Shown here piece by piece: positions 21,009 to 32,835 of a stretch of 42,080 nt of DNA. The stretch lies in contig CAZUFC010000070.1 in assembly GCA_964619725.1 (NCBI GenBank), positions 1 through 42,080 on the forward strand, read 5' to 3'. A program made the position numbers and the translations under genes. The first letter of the stretch is position 1. Each line of letters begins with the position of its first letter. This stretch comes from an uncultured bacterium (GTDB lineage Bacteria > CSSED10-310 > CAZUFC01). Below the pieces are notes generated by a model. That model saw only the letters and a program-made list of their open reading frames with translations, was not told the DNA's origin and did not search any database.

Positions 21009-21533
21009 ATGGAAACTTTCATTTTTATAATAGCCTGGATTCTGTTGATCCTTTCATTCGTCTCAGGACTCCTCCTGCATATCATAAATCTCTTCGGAAA
21101 CTGGGCGCTGGCCGCCGGGGTCGCAATTTTCGGGCTGTTGACCGAATTCAAATACTTTTCACCCTGGATTATCCTGGTCGTCTTCCTCCTGGCCCTGGCA
21201 GGCGAATTGGCCGAATCCATGAGCGCGGCGGCAGGATCGCTGAAAAGCGGCGGCGGCCTCTCCACCATGCTTGTAACCATCCTCTCTTTCATCACAGGCG
21301 CGGCTTTGGGAACTATCCTGATCCCCGTACCGGTGATAGGCAGCATCGCCGGAGGTTGGATAGGCGTTTACGCAGGAACAGTAATTTTTGAAAAATACGT
21401 CAGAGGCGGAACATCCGAACAGGCCCATAAAATAGGATACGGCGCTATGAAAGGAGCCGTCCTGGGCCAGTTGCTCAAATTCGTCCTGGGCCTTACTATC
21501 ATTACCGTTACCGTTGTTCAGATAATTCGGTGA
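21009..21533 (+). CDS. DUF456 family membrane protein
   Basis: Multiple TM helices; IPVPVIGSIAG...G....E...G....A...G pattern. Confidence 0.75.
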   Translation: METFIFIIAWILLILSFVSGLLLHIINLFGNWALAAGVAIFGLLTEFKYFSPWIILVVFLLALAGELAESMSAAAGSLKSGGGLSTMLVTILSFITGAALGTILIPVPVIGSIAGGWIGVYAGTVIFEKYVRGGTSEQAHKIGYGAMKGAVLGQLLKFVLGLTIITVTVVQIIR

Positions 21534-21681
21534 CCTCACACCATGTCCACTCTCACTCCTGGCGCTTAAGCGTCAGGATAAACAGAATTTTTCGACATTA
21601 GGGCTCAATACAGCAATAGGGATTCCAGAATAAAGAAGTAGCCGCTTTGCAGCCTTGAACAATTGAGAATCCTTGAAAATC

Positions 21682-21773
21682 CGGCATTGATCAAAAATGC
21701 GTCCATTGAGGTTGCAATACTTCCGAATATCCCATCATTTTGTTTCGATTCCGATACCGATACCGACCCCGAT
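21682..21773. repeat. Dispersed ~92-bp repeat, copy 1, ending in CCGATA/CCGACC hexamers
   Basis: CGGCATTGATCAAAAA.GCGTC..TTGAGGTT.CAAT...CATCATTTTGTTTCGAT.CCGATACCGA also present at 41726-41817. Confidence 0.85.
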
Positions 21774-21900
21774 TACTGAAACAAACCTTCGAAAATTTTA
21801 GAAGAAGTGTAACCCGGGTTTGATAAGTCCCAAAACTTCTCTCAAACCAACCATAAAACAACCAACGAAATCCCCCAACCAGCCATAAAATAACCCAATC

Positions 21901-22284
21901 TTACTCCCCCTCTCCAGCCATGGAGAGGGGGCCGGGGGGTGAGGTCCCAGAACACTGCAACTCCAGTATCTTCTCCAGTTTTTCAGCCTTCAATTCCTGA
22001 TCCAGCAGGAAAGTCATCCTGATCGCATCGCCTTCCTGTACCGGAAAGGGAAATAAGAAAACCGGCACCGTCAGGGGCTGCCCCTTTTCATCGATTATCC
22101 TCACATTTCTTTTCTCAATGCTGTCAATGCTGAATATTCTTTCCATCTCAGCAATCTGCTCCATAGCCTCTTCATTTTTTATCAGCAACGATCCGGAATT
22201 GCATATTACCGCCGATATTATGACCAGGAACAGAGCATGAACACCTAAAAACAGATACTTGTTAACGGACAAAATATTTTTCAT
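21901..22284 (-). CDS. DUF3006-like protein with N-terminal membrane anchor
   Basis: ATG 22284 after AGGAGG; FSIDSIE..NVRIIDEKGQPLTVP..LFP..VQEGDAI resembles DUF3006. Confidence 0.65.
   Translation of the reverse strand: MKNILSVNKYLFLGVHALFLVIISAVICNSGSLLIKNEEAMEQIAEMERIFSIDSIEKRNVRIIDEKGQPLTVPVFLFPFPVQEGDAIRMTFLLDQELKAEKLEKILELQCSGTSPPGPLSMAGEGE
21903..21944. repeat. REP-like GC-rich hairpin CCCCCTCTCC-AGCCAT-GGAGAGGGGG-CCGGGGGGTGAGG
   Basis: 10-bp perfect stem with a GGGTGAGG tail, overlapping the 3' end of the DUF3006-like gene. Confidence 0.75.
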
Positions 22285-22451
22285 TGGTTTATTCCTCCTG
22301 GTCAGCGGAAGAAGCAAATATGATGCCGGCAATATCATTTCTTCAGTTCTGATCACTTTGATTTTTTTCTGATTGTTGCCGGGTAAGGCTTTATGAAGTT
22401 CAGCGGGCTGACGGGCGCAGCGGTAAATTTCCGATAGCGGACCGTTAAAAT

Positions 22452-22574
22452 TCAAATTTTTTGACCCTGAATCCGTAACAATATTGAGCATAAACTCGCA
22501 ATTCATTGATGAATAATGAAAAAAACTATGATGAGGCCGATTCAAATTTTTTGAGTTTAATTCAAATTTCTTGA
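22452..22574. promoter_or_regulatory. Three copies of palindromic TCAAA-N3-TTTGA in a divergent promoter region (candidate operator)
   Basis: TCAAATTTTTTGA at 22452 and 22542, TCAAATTTCTTGA at 22562. Confidence 0.5.
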
Positions 22575-22658
22575 CCCGGACGGTATGGAGTTAAATCGGC
22601 GCCGAATTAACATTAAAACGTTGCGATTTTGAGTCTGAATTGCTAGAATCTGCCGGGG

Positions 22659-23357
22659 ATGAAACGGACGAACCAAAAACTGATCTTATTCGACATTGAC
22701 GGAACTATAATGATGAGCGGCAAGGCATCCCGTCGTTCACTGGCTGCTGCGATCAAGGAAGTGTTGCAAATTGACGTAACCTTTGACGGGTACGAATTTT
22801 CCGGGAAAACTGATCCCCAGATATTATGGGAACTTCTTGAGATAACCGGCATAGACGAGAGACGCTTCAAGGATGTGTTCCCGAAATTAATGGACTTTTA
22901 TTTTGTGACGCTTGAGAAAATATTGCCTGATTCTCCGGTGGAGGTATTGCCGGGCGTAGAAGATATTCTGAAAAGATTGAAAATTGAGAAGAACATTCAC
23001 CTGGGATTGGTGACGGGAAATTCAGAAAAAGGGGCCCGTTTGAAGTTGAACCGTATCGAGATGAACGATTATTTCCCGTTCGGCGCTTTCGGCAGCGATT
23101 CAGCGGTCAGGGACGAACTTCCGCCTATTGCGTTGAGAAGGGCGCAGGCATATTCAAAGAAAAATTTTCACGTGAACGATATTTTCGTCATCGGGGATTC
23201 GATTCATGACATACGATGCAGCCGCTCGATAAGGGCGAAATCAATAGCGGTGGCTACGGGATTCACGCCTTTAGAGGAGCTGCAGAAGGAGAATCCCGAC
23301 CATCTTTTCCGTGATTTTTCAAATATAAACGACGTGATATCGGTATTGTTGGATTAA
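22659..23357 (+). CDS. HAD family hydrolase (phosphoglycolate phosphatase-like)
   Basis: LFDIDGT, SGKTD, LVTGN, GAFGSD, VIGDSIHDI, VATG. Confidence 0.92.
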   Translation: MKRTNQKLILFDIDGTIMMSGKASRRSLAAAIKEVLQIDVTFDGYEFSGKTDPQILWELLEITGIDERRFKDVFPKLMDFYFVTLEKILPDSPVEVLPGVEDILKRLKIEKNIHLGLVTGNSEKGARLKLNRIEMNDYFPFGAFGSDSAVRDELPPIALRRAQAYSKKNFHVNDIFVIGDSIHDIRCSRSIRAKSIAVATGFTPLEELQKENPDHLFRDFSNINDVISVLLD

Positions 23358-23364
23358 TTCCGGA

Positions 23365-24660
23365 TTGAATGTTTATTATTACAGTTTAATTCTGATTTTG
23401 CTTTCGATTGCAGCGATCCTTTTTCCCCGCGGACCTTTCAACTGGTACGTGATAGCTTTTCGTACGATCATTTTTTCGTTTTTTATACCCTCTTCCATCT
23501 GTTACTGCAATTTTCTGACGAAAAAGCTGCATTCGCTGCAGCAAAGCGGCGCCGTAATACTGGAAAAACTATGGTTCATCCTCATCATCTTATACATGGT
23601 TCTGACCTTATCCGTTTTCGTGCTGTTTTTCACTCGCTGGACAGGAGACATAAAATCGCAGTTTTATCGCCGGGCAGTTGCTGTTCCCGCCTCATTTTTT
23701 TATGTAGCTCATTTCACGGCAACGATAGGTCTGGCGGTTTATTTTGCCGGAAGGGGAGTCTGTCGTCTGTTGAGTCCCTATACAGCAGACATGCCGGTTT
23801 TACATGCGACGTGGGGATTGATTGAAGCGACATTTTATCCGGTTATCCTGGCCGCGCCTTTCGTCATTTCATTTATAGGATTGTTGACGACGTATGATTA
23901 TAAAATAGAGCATGTCCGCATAAGACTGCCGAAGCTGAAACCGGAAGACCGGATAAGGATAGTCCAGGCAGCCGACATTCATTACGGGATATATTACGGG
24001 GAAAGTTACATGGACCGTATCGTAAACGATGTCAATCGCCTGGAACCGGATTTATTTTTAATTACCGGAGATATATTGACTCACGCATCCGAGCAGAACT
24101 TCGATCCGCTGCTGCATTCGCTGAAGAATATCGATCCGGAGATCAGGACCTATTTCTGCCTGGGGAATCATGATCTGAAGGTATCCCGAAACCTGACGGC
24201 GGCATTGAAAGGATTGGGTATTGAAACTTTAATCAACGAGAAGGCCGATATCCGGATACGCGGCATTCCGCTTCAAATAGGAGGCTTGGAATTCTACTGG
24301 CCGGGAACGGGAAAAAAAGCATATCCGGGAGGCGTCGAACAGATCGGATTCAATGCTTCATGTGTAAGGGTACTGATGGCGCATGATCCCGGCGCGGTCC
24401 GATTCCTTGAGGAAAAGAGCGCGGACCTGATACTGAGCGGACATCTTCATGGAGGACAGATAGGGTGGGGGAAAAGAGGCAGTTTGTTGCGCCTGCTGGG
24501 AATTCCGGACCAGGGCTTGCACAGAAAGAAGGGTATGCTGCTGTATATCAACCGCGGCACGGGACATTACGGATTTCCCTTGAGAATAGGAGTTTCTGGA
24601 GAACTGACATGCCTGGAACTGACGGGAACAGGGGAGGGACTTCCGGAAAGGGGTCCGTAA
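23365..24660 (+). CDS. Membrane-anchored metallophosphoesterase (YkuE/YaeI-like)
   Basis: N-terminal TM helices; ADIH, ITGD, LGNHD, MAHDP, LSGHLHGGQ motifs; TTG start uncertain. Confidence 0.88.
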   Translation: MNVYYYSLILILLSIAAILFPRGPFNWYVIAFRTIIFSFFIPSSICYCNFLTKKLHSLQQSGAVILEKLWFILIILYMVLTLSVFVLFFTRWTGDIKSQFYRRAVAVPASFFYVAHFTATIGLAVYFAGRGVCRLLSPYTADMPVLHATWGLIEATFYPVILAAPFVISFIGLLTTYDYKIEHVRIRLPKLKPEDRIRIVQAADIHYGIYYGESYMDRIVNDVNRLEPDLFLITGDILTHASEQNFDPLLHSLKNIDPEIRTYFCLGNHDLKVSRNLTAALKGLGIETLINEKADIRIRGIPLQIGGLEFYWPGTGKKAYPGGVEQIGFNASCVRVLMAHDPGAVRFLEEKSADLILSGHLHGGQIGWGKRGSLLRLLGIPDQGLHRKKGMLLYINRGTGHYGFPLRIGVSGELTCLELTGTGEGLPERGP

Positions 24661-24809
24661 AGGGGTCAGAGCCCTTCGCAGATGCTGTGATTGACAAAGG
24701 ATGCTGTCGGAATAAGCTTCCGGAAAGGGGTCAGAGCCCTTCGCAGATGCTGTGATTGACAAAGGATGCTGTCGGAATAAGCTTCTGGAAAGGGTTAGAG
24801 CCCTTCGCA
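24640..24809. repeat. 65-bp tandem repeat (about 2.3 copies plus a partial copy) containing an AAGGG-GTCAGAG-CCCTT hairpin
   Basis: AGGGGTCAGAGCCCTTCGCA at 24661 and 24726, with one mismatch at 24791; partial CTTCCGGAAAGGGGTC at 24640. Confidence 0.9.
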
Positions 24810-24917
24810 ATTCGCAAATGAACAACCAACACATTCCGGGAGAAATGAACATGCAGTCGTATGCCCCCGTTTTCCTGCGCGAAATATTTAATTCCACAGA
24901 TTTTATTTTGTTCTCTG

Positions 24918-25117
24918 GTTTTTGTCCATGGACGGCGATTTTTCCTTAATGCTGCTTCAGGTCGTGGATTTGCTCAGTTAAGGTAAAAGCAATACATCTG
25001 CCTCGCAAATCCTTGTCTTAATTGCTTTAAGTTAAATTCGCCCGTTTATGGATCAAAAACCCAAGTGACTGTCCAACATTAAATTTTGAATCGAGATTCG
25101 AGTTTATGGACAGACAC
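24918..25117. mobile_element. Composite MITE-like element: module A (24918-25060, 143 bp) plus module B (25065-25117, 53 bp)
   Basis: A: GTTTTTGTCCAT...ATGGATCAAAAAC inverted ends; B: GTGACTGTCCA...TGGACAGACAC; same arrangement and lengths at 41823-42022. Confidence 0.8.
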
Positions 25118-25185
25118 TAATTAGATAATCCGATATCCAGCATCCAGAATTGAGCATCCGGAAAGTAATGAGAGCTGTGCGCTAA

Positions 25186-27522
<2,337 letters not shown>

Positions 27523-27866
27523 GATCCGCCTCAATTCAAAAATGAAAAAATTTGACAAAAACCGACATCTCTGCAACTGATTCGAACCTTCATTAAACAT
27601 ATTAAGAAAATTCAAGGCAAAGTCAATCGACTGGAGATAGACGTCCGATGAAGCATGGTGATGCTCATAAAGGACTCAGAGCGCTACGCCAGGACCAGCA
27701 AAAAGAAGACGCTCCCGTTGCTGCCAGGGCTCAGGAATCATCAGGAAACGCTGTCAGCAAAGATTATCCGGCATCCGGCATCTGTTCAATTCAATGAAAA
27801 TTTGGAATCCCTGAAGCAGAATGTTACATTCCTCATGTCGATAAATGATTTTTTCCCGTGCACAGG

Positions 27867-27895
27867 TTGACTCATGCTCTTGTGATCGTTAAATT
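27867..27895 (+). promoter_or_regulatory. Putative sigma70 promoter of the peptide ABC permease genes
   Basis: TTGACT(27867-27872)-N17-TAAATT(27890-27895), followed by GAGGAG and the GTG start. Confidence 0.45.
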
Positions 27896-27918
27896 CAGAG
27901 TGAGGAGAGGCGGAAGCC

Positions 27919-28929
27919 GTGATTCAGTACATAATCAGAAGATTTTTTCTTATGATCCCGACGTTGCTGGGGATAACTGTGGTTACTTTCGTGATCATCC
28001 GTATGGCTCCGGGCGATCCGACCACTATGATTCAGGGCGGCGGCGGAGCGGGATTGACGGCTGCGGGGGCGGCCAACGAGGAATTGCTGGCCGACATTAT
28101 AAAAGCCAAACGCGAATTGTTGAATCTGGATGAACCTATTCCCGTCCAGTATTATTTGTGGCTGAAAAGAATAGCGGTGCTGGATTTCGGCGAATCTTTC
28201 AAGGACCATCGTCCTGTGATACAGAAAATCGCCGAGGCGCTTCCAATTACTATTTCGCTTAACGCCATTTCATTATTCCTGATATATGTCATATCGATCC
28301 CCATCGGCGTTTATTCCGCTACTCATCATAATAGTCTGAGCGACAAAGTGATAACGGTTTTTTTGTTTATTTTGTACAGCCTGCCAAATTTCTGGACCGC
28401 CACCATGCTGATACTTATTTTCGGAAGCGTAAACATGTGGGACATTTTTCCGATTGTGGGGCTGCATTCTTCCGAAGCCTGGCGCATGCCGACCCTGCAA
28501 TACATCGGCGATTACATCATGCATATCATTCTGCCGGTGATTTGCCTGACTTATACGGGACTGGCGGGCTTATCGCGGTATGCCAGAACAGGCATGCTGG
28601 AGGTCATTCGCCAGGATTACATAAGGACCGCCAGAGCCAAGGGCGTTTCGGAAAAAATGGTGGTCATGAAGCACGCTTTCCGCAATTCGCTGATTCCTAT
28701 CGTTACGCTGATGGCGAACCTGCTGCCTGTTCTGATCGGAGGCAGCGTCATCATCGAGTACATATTCACTATTCCGGGCATGGGACGCCTTGGTTTCGAT
28801 TCCGTGCTGTCGAGAGATTATCCCGTCATTATGGCCATTACCACTTTCTCCGCTGTGCTTGTCCTTATGGGAATACTCATTTCCGATATACTCTATTGCC
28901 TGATCGATCCGAGAATTTCTCTTGACTAG
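27919..28929 (+). CDS. Oligopeptide/dipeptide ABC transporter permease (OppB/DppB family)
   Basis: YIIRR..LMIPTL.G, APGDP, DFGESF, DYIRTARAKG EAA loop, SRDYPVI, DPRI. Confidence 0.93.
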   Translation: MIQYIIRRFFLMIPTLLGITVVTFVIIRMAPGDPTTMIQGGGGAGLTAAGAANEELLADIIKAKRELLNLDEPIPVQYYLWLKRIAVLDFGESFKDHRPVIQKIAEALPITISLNAISLFLIYVISIPIGVYSATHHNSLSDKVITVFLFILYSLPNFWTATMLILIFGSVNMWDIFPIVGLHSSEAWRMPTLQYIGDYIMHIILPVICLTYTGLAGLSRYARTGMLEVIRQDYIRTARAKGVSEKMVVMKHAFRNSLIPIVTLMANLLPVLIGGSVIIEYIFTIPGMGRLGFDSVLSRDYPVIMAITTFSAVLVLMGILISDILYCLIDPRISLD

Positions 28930-28943
28930 GCTGAACGTGACTT

Positions 28944-30053
28944 ATGAAAAATAACGGTAAAGAAAAGAAAATCGCACAACCGAAGCTGCCGGAAAAGGGA
29001 ACGTCCTATTCGCAGATAGTCTGGAAGCAGCTTAAAAGAAACAAACCCGCCATGTTCGGCATGTTCGTCATTTTTTTTCTCGTGCTTGTGGCCCTGTTGT
29101 CGCCTCTGCTGGCGAACAGCAAGCCGATACTCATGAAATTCGACGGCCGTCTTTACTTCCCGGCTTTCAAGGATTACATCGATACCATGCCCATTCCGGA
29201 TTTCATCGTCGATGAGTTGCGGAAGATACCGGTTTTTCAGGAATATAAGAAATTCAGAGCGACAGGCTATGAGAATATGGAAGCGAGGATGGACGACGAC
29301 GACTGGATGATATCGCCTCCCGTTTCCTACTATTACACGGACATCCATATAGATGAAATCAAAAAGCTGCCCGGCTCAGATCATCTCCTGGGAACAGACG
29401 ATACGGGACGGGATATCCTGTCCCGGATGATCCACGGCACTGTCATCTCCCTGTCCGTCGGCGTCGTGGCCGTTGGAATTTACGTCACTATCGGCATCAT
29501 CGTCGGCGCCATGGCAGGATATTTCGGAAAATGGGTCGATATACTCCTCTCTCGCATCATTGAAATCATGATATGCTTTCCCGCTTTTTTCCTCATCATC
29601 ACCATCATCGCTTTCCTGCCAAGGTCCATCTACAACATCATGATCGTTATCGGCATCACGCGATGGACGGGAGTCGCCAGGCTGATACGAGGCGAATTCC
29701 TGAAAATCAGGACCCAGGATTATGTCAGCGCGGCCAAGGCACAAGGCATACCTTCTTCCAGGATCATGTTCCGGCATATCCTGCCCAACGCCATCGCTCC
29801 CGTCCTGGTCAGCGCCACCTTCGGCATTGCCGGCGCCATCCTGACTGAAACCGGCCTGAGCTTCCTGGGATTCGGCGTAGCTCCACCCACTGCAAGCTGG
29901 GGAGAAATTCTCAACCAGGGTCGAAGGTATATCTCTCACGGCTCCTGGCACCTCGCCATCTTCCCCGGACTCGCCATCTTCATCACCGTCACCGCCTTCA
30001 ACCTCTTCGGCGAAGGACTCAGAGACGCCCTGGACCCCCGGCTTCGAGAGTAA
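28944..30053 (+). CDS. Oligopeptide/dipeptide ABC transporter permease (OppC/DppC family)
   Basis: HLLGTDDTGRDILSR, DYVSAAKAQG, RHILPN, LSFLGFG, NLFGEGLRDALDPR. Confidence 0.93.
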   Translation: MKNNGKEKKIAQPKLPEKGTSYSQIVWKQLKRNKPAMFGMFVIFFLVLVALLSPLLANSKPILMKFDGRLYFPAFKDYIDTMPIPDFIVDELRKIPVFQEYKKFRATGYENMEARMDDDDWMISPPVSYYYTDIHIDEIKKLPGSDHLLGTDDTGRDILSRMIHGTVISLSVGVVAVGIYVTIGIIVGAMAGYFGKWVDILLSRIIEIMICFPAFFLIITIIAFLPRSIYNIMIVIGITRWTGVARLIRGEFLKIRTQDYVSAAKAQGIPSSRIMFRHILPNAIAPVLVSATFGIAGAILTETGLSFLGFGVAPPTASWGEILNQGRRYISHGSWHLAIFPGLAIFITVTAFNLFGEGLRDALDPRLRE

Positions 30054-30237
30054 CGTATTGAAAAGCAAAAATATTACGACTGGCTCCGCAGGCGATATGT
30101 CATTAACACCGCCCGGCTTATTGACGCCTGCCTTTAATAGGGAGCAGAACCCATTACTGATGTTCCGCCAGGTTTCCGCATAATATTCACGGCAGGACAC
30201 ATTCCAAAACAGTTAAATTTTACGAATAAAGTAATAT

Positions 30238-30273
30238 TTGACAAAAAACGTAAATTATGTTATGAAACGTTTT
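30238..30273 (+). promoter_or_regulatory. Promoter and overlapping palindromic operator upstream of tetR
   Basis: TTGACA(30238-43)-N17-TATGAA(30261-66) with extended TG; inverted repeat AAAACGT(30245-51)-N15-ACGTTTT(30267-73). Confidence 0.6.
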
Positions 30274-30286
30274 GGAGGATCGAACG

Positions 30287-30901
30287 ATGAAGAAGCGGAT
30301 TATGGAAAACAGGAAATTCAAAGCATTGATGGATACGGCTGAAAGGCTTTTCATGAAGCACGGATTTCGCCGGGTTACTATAAAGGAACTTTGTGAAAAA
30401 GCGGACGTGAGCAAAATGACTTTTTACAAGCATTTCGATAACAAGGCTGACCTGGTGAAGTTTATGATTGATGTTTTGATTTCGCGTAATATGGAGAGAT
30501 ACAGGAGCATTATGAATTCCGATATGCCTTATGCTGCAAAGATACGGAAGATTATAGATTTAAAAATGGAGCAGACCCGGAATGTGAGTCGGGAATTTTT
30601 TGAAGACATCCATATTTATTCGGAGCCGGATATACGTGATCACATGCGGGAGAGAACGGATTCGACGGTGCAAGAGATGTTGGCGGATTTTACGGAGGCG
30701 CAGAGACAGGGATATATCAGGGCGGACATCAAGCCCGAGTTTATTTTATATTTTTTGAATCACATGTTTGAGATGGTGAAGGACGCTCGTTTGAGCGGCA
30801 TATATGAGAGTCCTTCGGAGTTGATAATGGAGCTGGTGAATTTCTTTTTCTACGGGATAATGGGTGAGTCAGGCATCGAGGAAGGTCGGGATGAGAAATA
30901 G
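30287..30901 (+). CDS. TetR/AcrR family transcriptional regulator
   Basis: GGAGG then ATG 30287; AERLFMKHGFRRVTIKELCEKADVSKMTFYKHFDNKADL HTH. Confidence 0.93.
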   Translation: MKKRIMENRKFKALMDTAERLFMKHGFRRVTIKELCEKADVSKMTFYKHFDNKADLVKFMIDVLISRNMERYRSIMNSDMPYAAKIRKIIDLKMEQTRNVSREFFEDIHIYSEPDIRDHMRERTDSTVQEMLADFTEAQRQGYIRADIKPEFILYFLNHMFEMVKDARLSGIYESPSELIMELVNFFFYGIMGESGIEEGRDEK

Positions 30902-32063
30902 CGGTAAGCGGGCATCGACCGTCGGGGTATTAATTATCGCTTTAGCGCTTGTAGCGGCGAAGGCGGATGCCGTTTCGATCGGATCAAGAGGGCATTTATC
31001 CGGATGGATAGGCTTTAATGATGCCGGGGAAACAGGCATTCATCTGGGAGTAAGGTATGTGCCTGAGCTGTTCATAGAGACTTCATTCGGCGAGAATTAC
31101 ACTATTGATGCGGATATATCGGTGAATACGTATGGACGAAGCGTATTAAGCGAGGGAGATGTCGATGCGTCGGGTGAGTTAAAACTATATCGACTGTGGA
31201 TAAGGATGACGTCGGTGCAGATGGAAGCCCGTTTGGGGCTTCAGAAGATCAATTTCGGTCCGGCGACTTTGTTCAGGCCTTTGATGTGGTTCGACCGGAT
31301 TGATCCTCGCGATCCGCTGGAAATGACGGAAGGCGTCTATGGTTTTTTAATGCGTTACTACTTTTTAAACAACGTGAATGTTTGGGCCTGGGGACTTTAT
31401 GACAATGAGGAGACGAAGGGTTGGGAGATTGCTCCGACTGCCGAAGGAAAAGTTGAATGGGGCGGCAGAGTGCAGTTGCCGGTATTTCAGGGTGAGATGG
31501 GAATTTCGTATCATCGGAGGAAAGCGGACACCGGCGCTTTGCCTTTATTAACGGAGAAGGAAATATCGGAGCAAAGGTTTGGTATTGACGGTCGCTGGGA
31601 CATTGAGACCGGCATGTGGTTCGAAGCGTCCTGGACTCGCTGGGACGTGGAGTGGGATATGTTGCGGTACAGACGTATGGTGACCCTGGGCATCGATTAT
31701 ACCTTTAATATCGGCAACGGACTTTACGGATTAGGCGAATATCTGACCGCTGCATCTGCCGAAGACCCTTTTCAATCCAGGTTAAAAAGCGAATTAACCG
31801 GAATTATGCTGAATTATCCCCTGGGCTTGCTCGACAGCGTGACGGGTATGTTCTACTACGACTGGGACAACCGGGACCGTTATAATTTTTTAAGATGGGA
31901 GCGCATATACGATCATTGGGGATTGCATTTCATGGCGTTCTGGAATCCGGAAGATTCTGTGATGCAGATGGCGCCTTATCAACCGGAAAACGGATTCGAT
32001 GCGTCGAATGGCGGATTGATGAGAGGTAAAGGAATGCAGATAATGCTCGTTTTGAACCATTAG
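30891..32063 (+). CDS. Conserved exported protein, probably an outer-membrane beta-barrel, associated with the ABC operon
   Basis: Signal peptide ending AKA; LYRLW.R, RLGLQKINFG..LFRPLMWFD.IDPRDP; alternating beta-strand pattern. Confidence 0.65.
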   Translation: MRNSGKRASTVGVLIIALALVAAKADAVSIGSRGHLSGWIGFNDAGETGIHLGVRYVPELFIETSFGENYTIDADISVNTYGRSVLSEGDVDASGELKLYRLWIRMTSVQMEARLGLQKINFGPATLFRPLMWFDRIDPRDPLEMTEGVYGFLMRYYFLNNVNVWAWGLYDNEETKGWEIAPTAEGKVEWGGRVQLPVFQGEMGISYHRRKADTGALPLLTEKEISEQRFGIDGRWDIETGMWFEASWTRWDVEWDMLRYRRMVTLGIDYTFNIGNGLYGLGEYLTAASAEDPFQSRLKSELTGIMLNYPLGLLDSVTGMFYYDWDNRDRYNFLRWERIYDHWGLHFMAFWNPEDSVMQMAPYQPENGFDASNGGLMRGKGMQIMLVLNH

Positions 32064-32112
32064 AGTGTTTATGGAGCCGGGATTTGAATATTGCCGGATA
32101 GGAGGAATACGA

Positions 32113-32835
32113 ATGGAAAACTCAGACATAATATCCCTGACGGGCATAACGAAGAAGTTCCCTGTCGGCGGAGGATATTTCACGGCGCTGGACCAGATAT
32201 ATCTCAGGTTCAGGAAAGGTGAATTCGCCGGATTTGTAGGTCCGAGCGGTTCAGGCAAGACGACGTTGCTGAACATCATCGGTTCCCTGGACAATCCGAC
32301 GGAAGGCGAAGCCATAGTATTGGACCGTTCCGTAGGCGTTTTATCTCATAAAAAAGCGGCCCTGCTTCGCCGAAAGCACCTGGGTTTCATCTTTCAAACA
32401 TATAATCTTCTTCCGGTTTACACGGTGTATGAAAACGTGGAATTTCCGTTGCTGCTTTTGAAAATGCAGGAGTCGGAACGAAGAAAAGCGATAATGGATG
32501 CCCTGGAATGGGTCGGGATAGAGGACAAGGCGGGATCGAAGCCGGCTCAGTTGTCAGGAGGAGAGTCTCAAAGAGTCGCCATCGCACGCGCCATGGTTAA
32601 GCGCCCTGAAATTGTTTTGGCGGATGAGCCGACTGCGAACCTGGATGCGAAGAATTCGCACAACATTCTGGAGACGATGGAGAAATTGAATGCGGAATTG
32701 AGAACAACGTTTCTTTTCGCCACTCATGATGAAAAGGTGATCCGTTATCTTCATCGGAAGATATCGCTTGAGGACGGCCGGGTGGTGAAAGATGAGCAGA
32801 TGAAAGGAGCGCGGGTCGAAGGAGAGCAGGCATGA
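32113..32835 (+). CDS. ABC transporter ATP-binding protein (LolD/MacB-like)
   Basis: GPSGSGKTT, LSGGESQRVAIARA, LADEPTANLD, ATHD; GGAGG before ATG 32113. Confidence 0.95.
   Translation: MENSDIISLTGITKKFPVGGGYFTALDQIYLRFRKGEFAGFVGPSGSGKTTLLNIIGSLDNPTEGEAIVLDRSVGVLSHKKAALLRRKHLGFIFQTYNLLPVYTVYENVEFPLLLLKMQESERRKAIMDALEWVGIEDKAGSKPAQLSGGESQRVAIARAMVKRPEIVLADEPTANLDAKNSHNILETMEKLNAELRTTFLFATHDEKVIRYLHRKISLEDGRVVKDEQMKGARVEGEQA

Noticed and set aside
22285-22545. N-terminal extension of ORF 21901-22545
   Set aside because: A strong AGGAGG precedes ATG 22284, and the extension covers AT-rich promoter-like DNA with palindromic sites.
24640-24809. Mini-CRISPR (65-bp period)
   Set aside because: The would-be spacers are essentially identical and no cas genes are present.
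29376-30200. 274-aa minus-strand ORF and similar antisense ORFs elsewhere
   Set aside because: They overlap well-supported genes on the opposite strand or in another frame and show no recognisable motifs.
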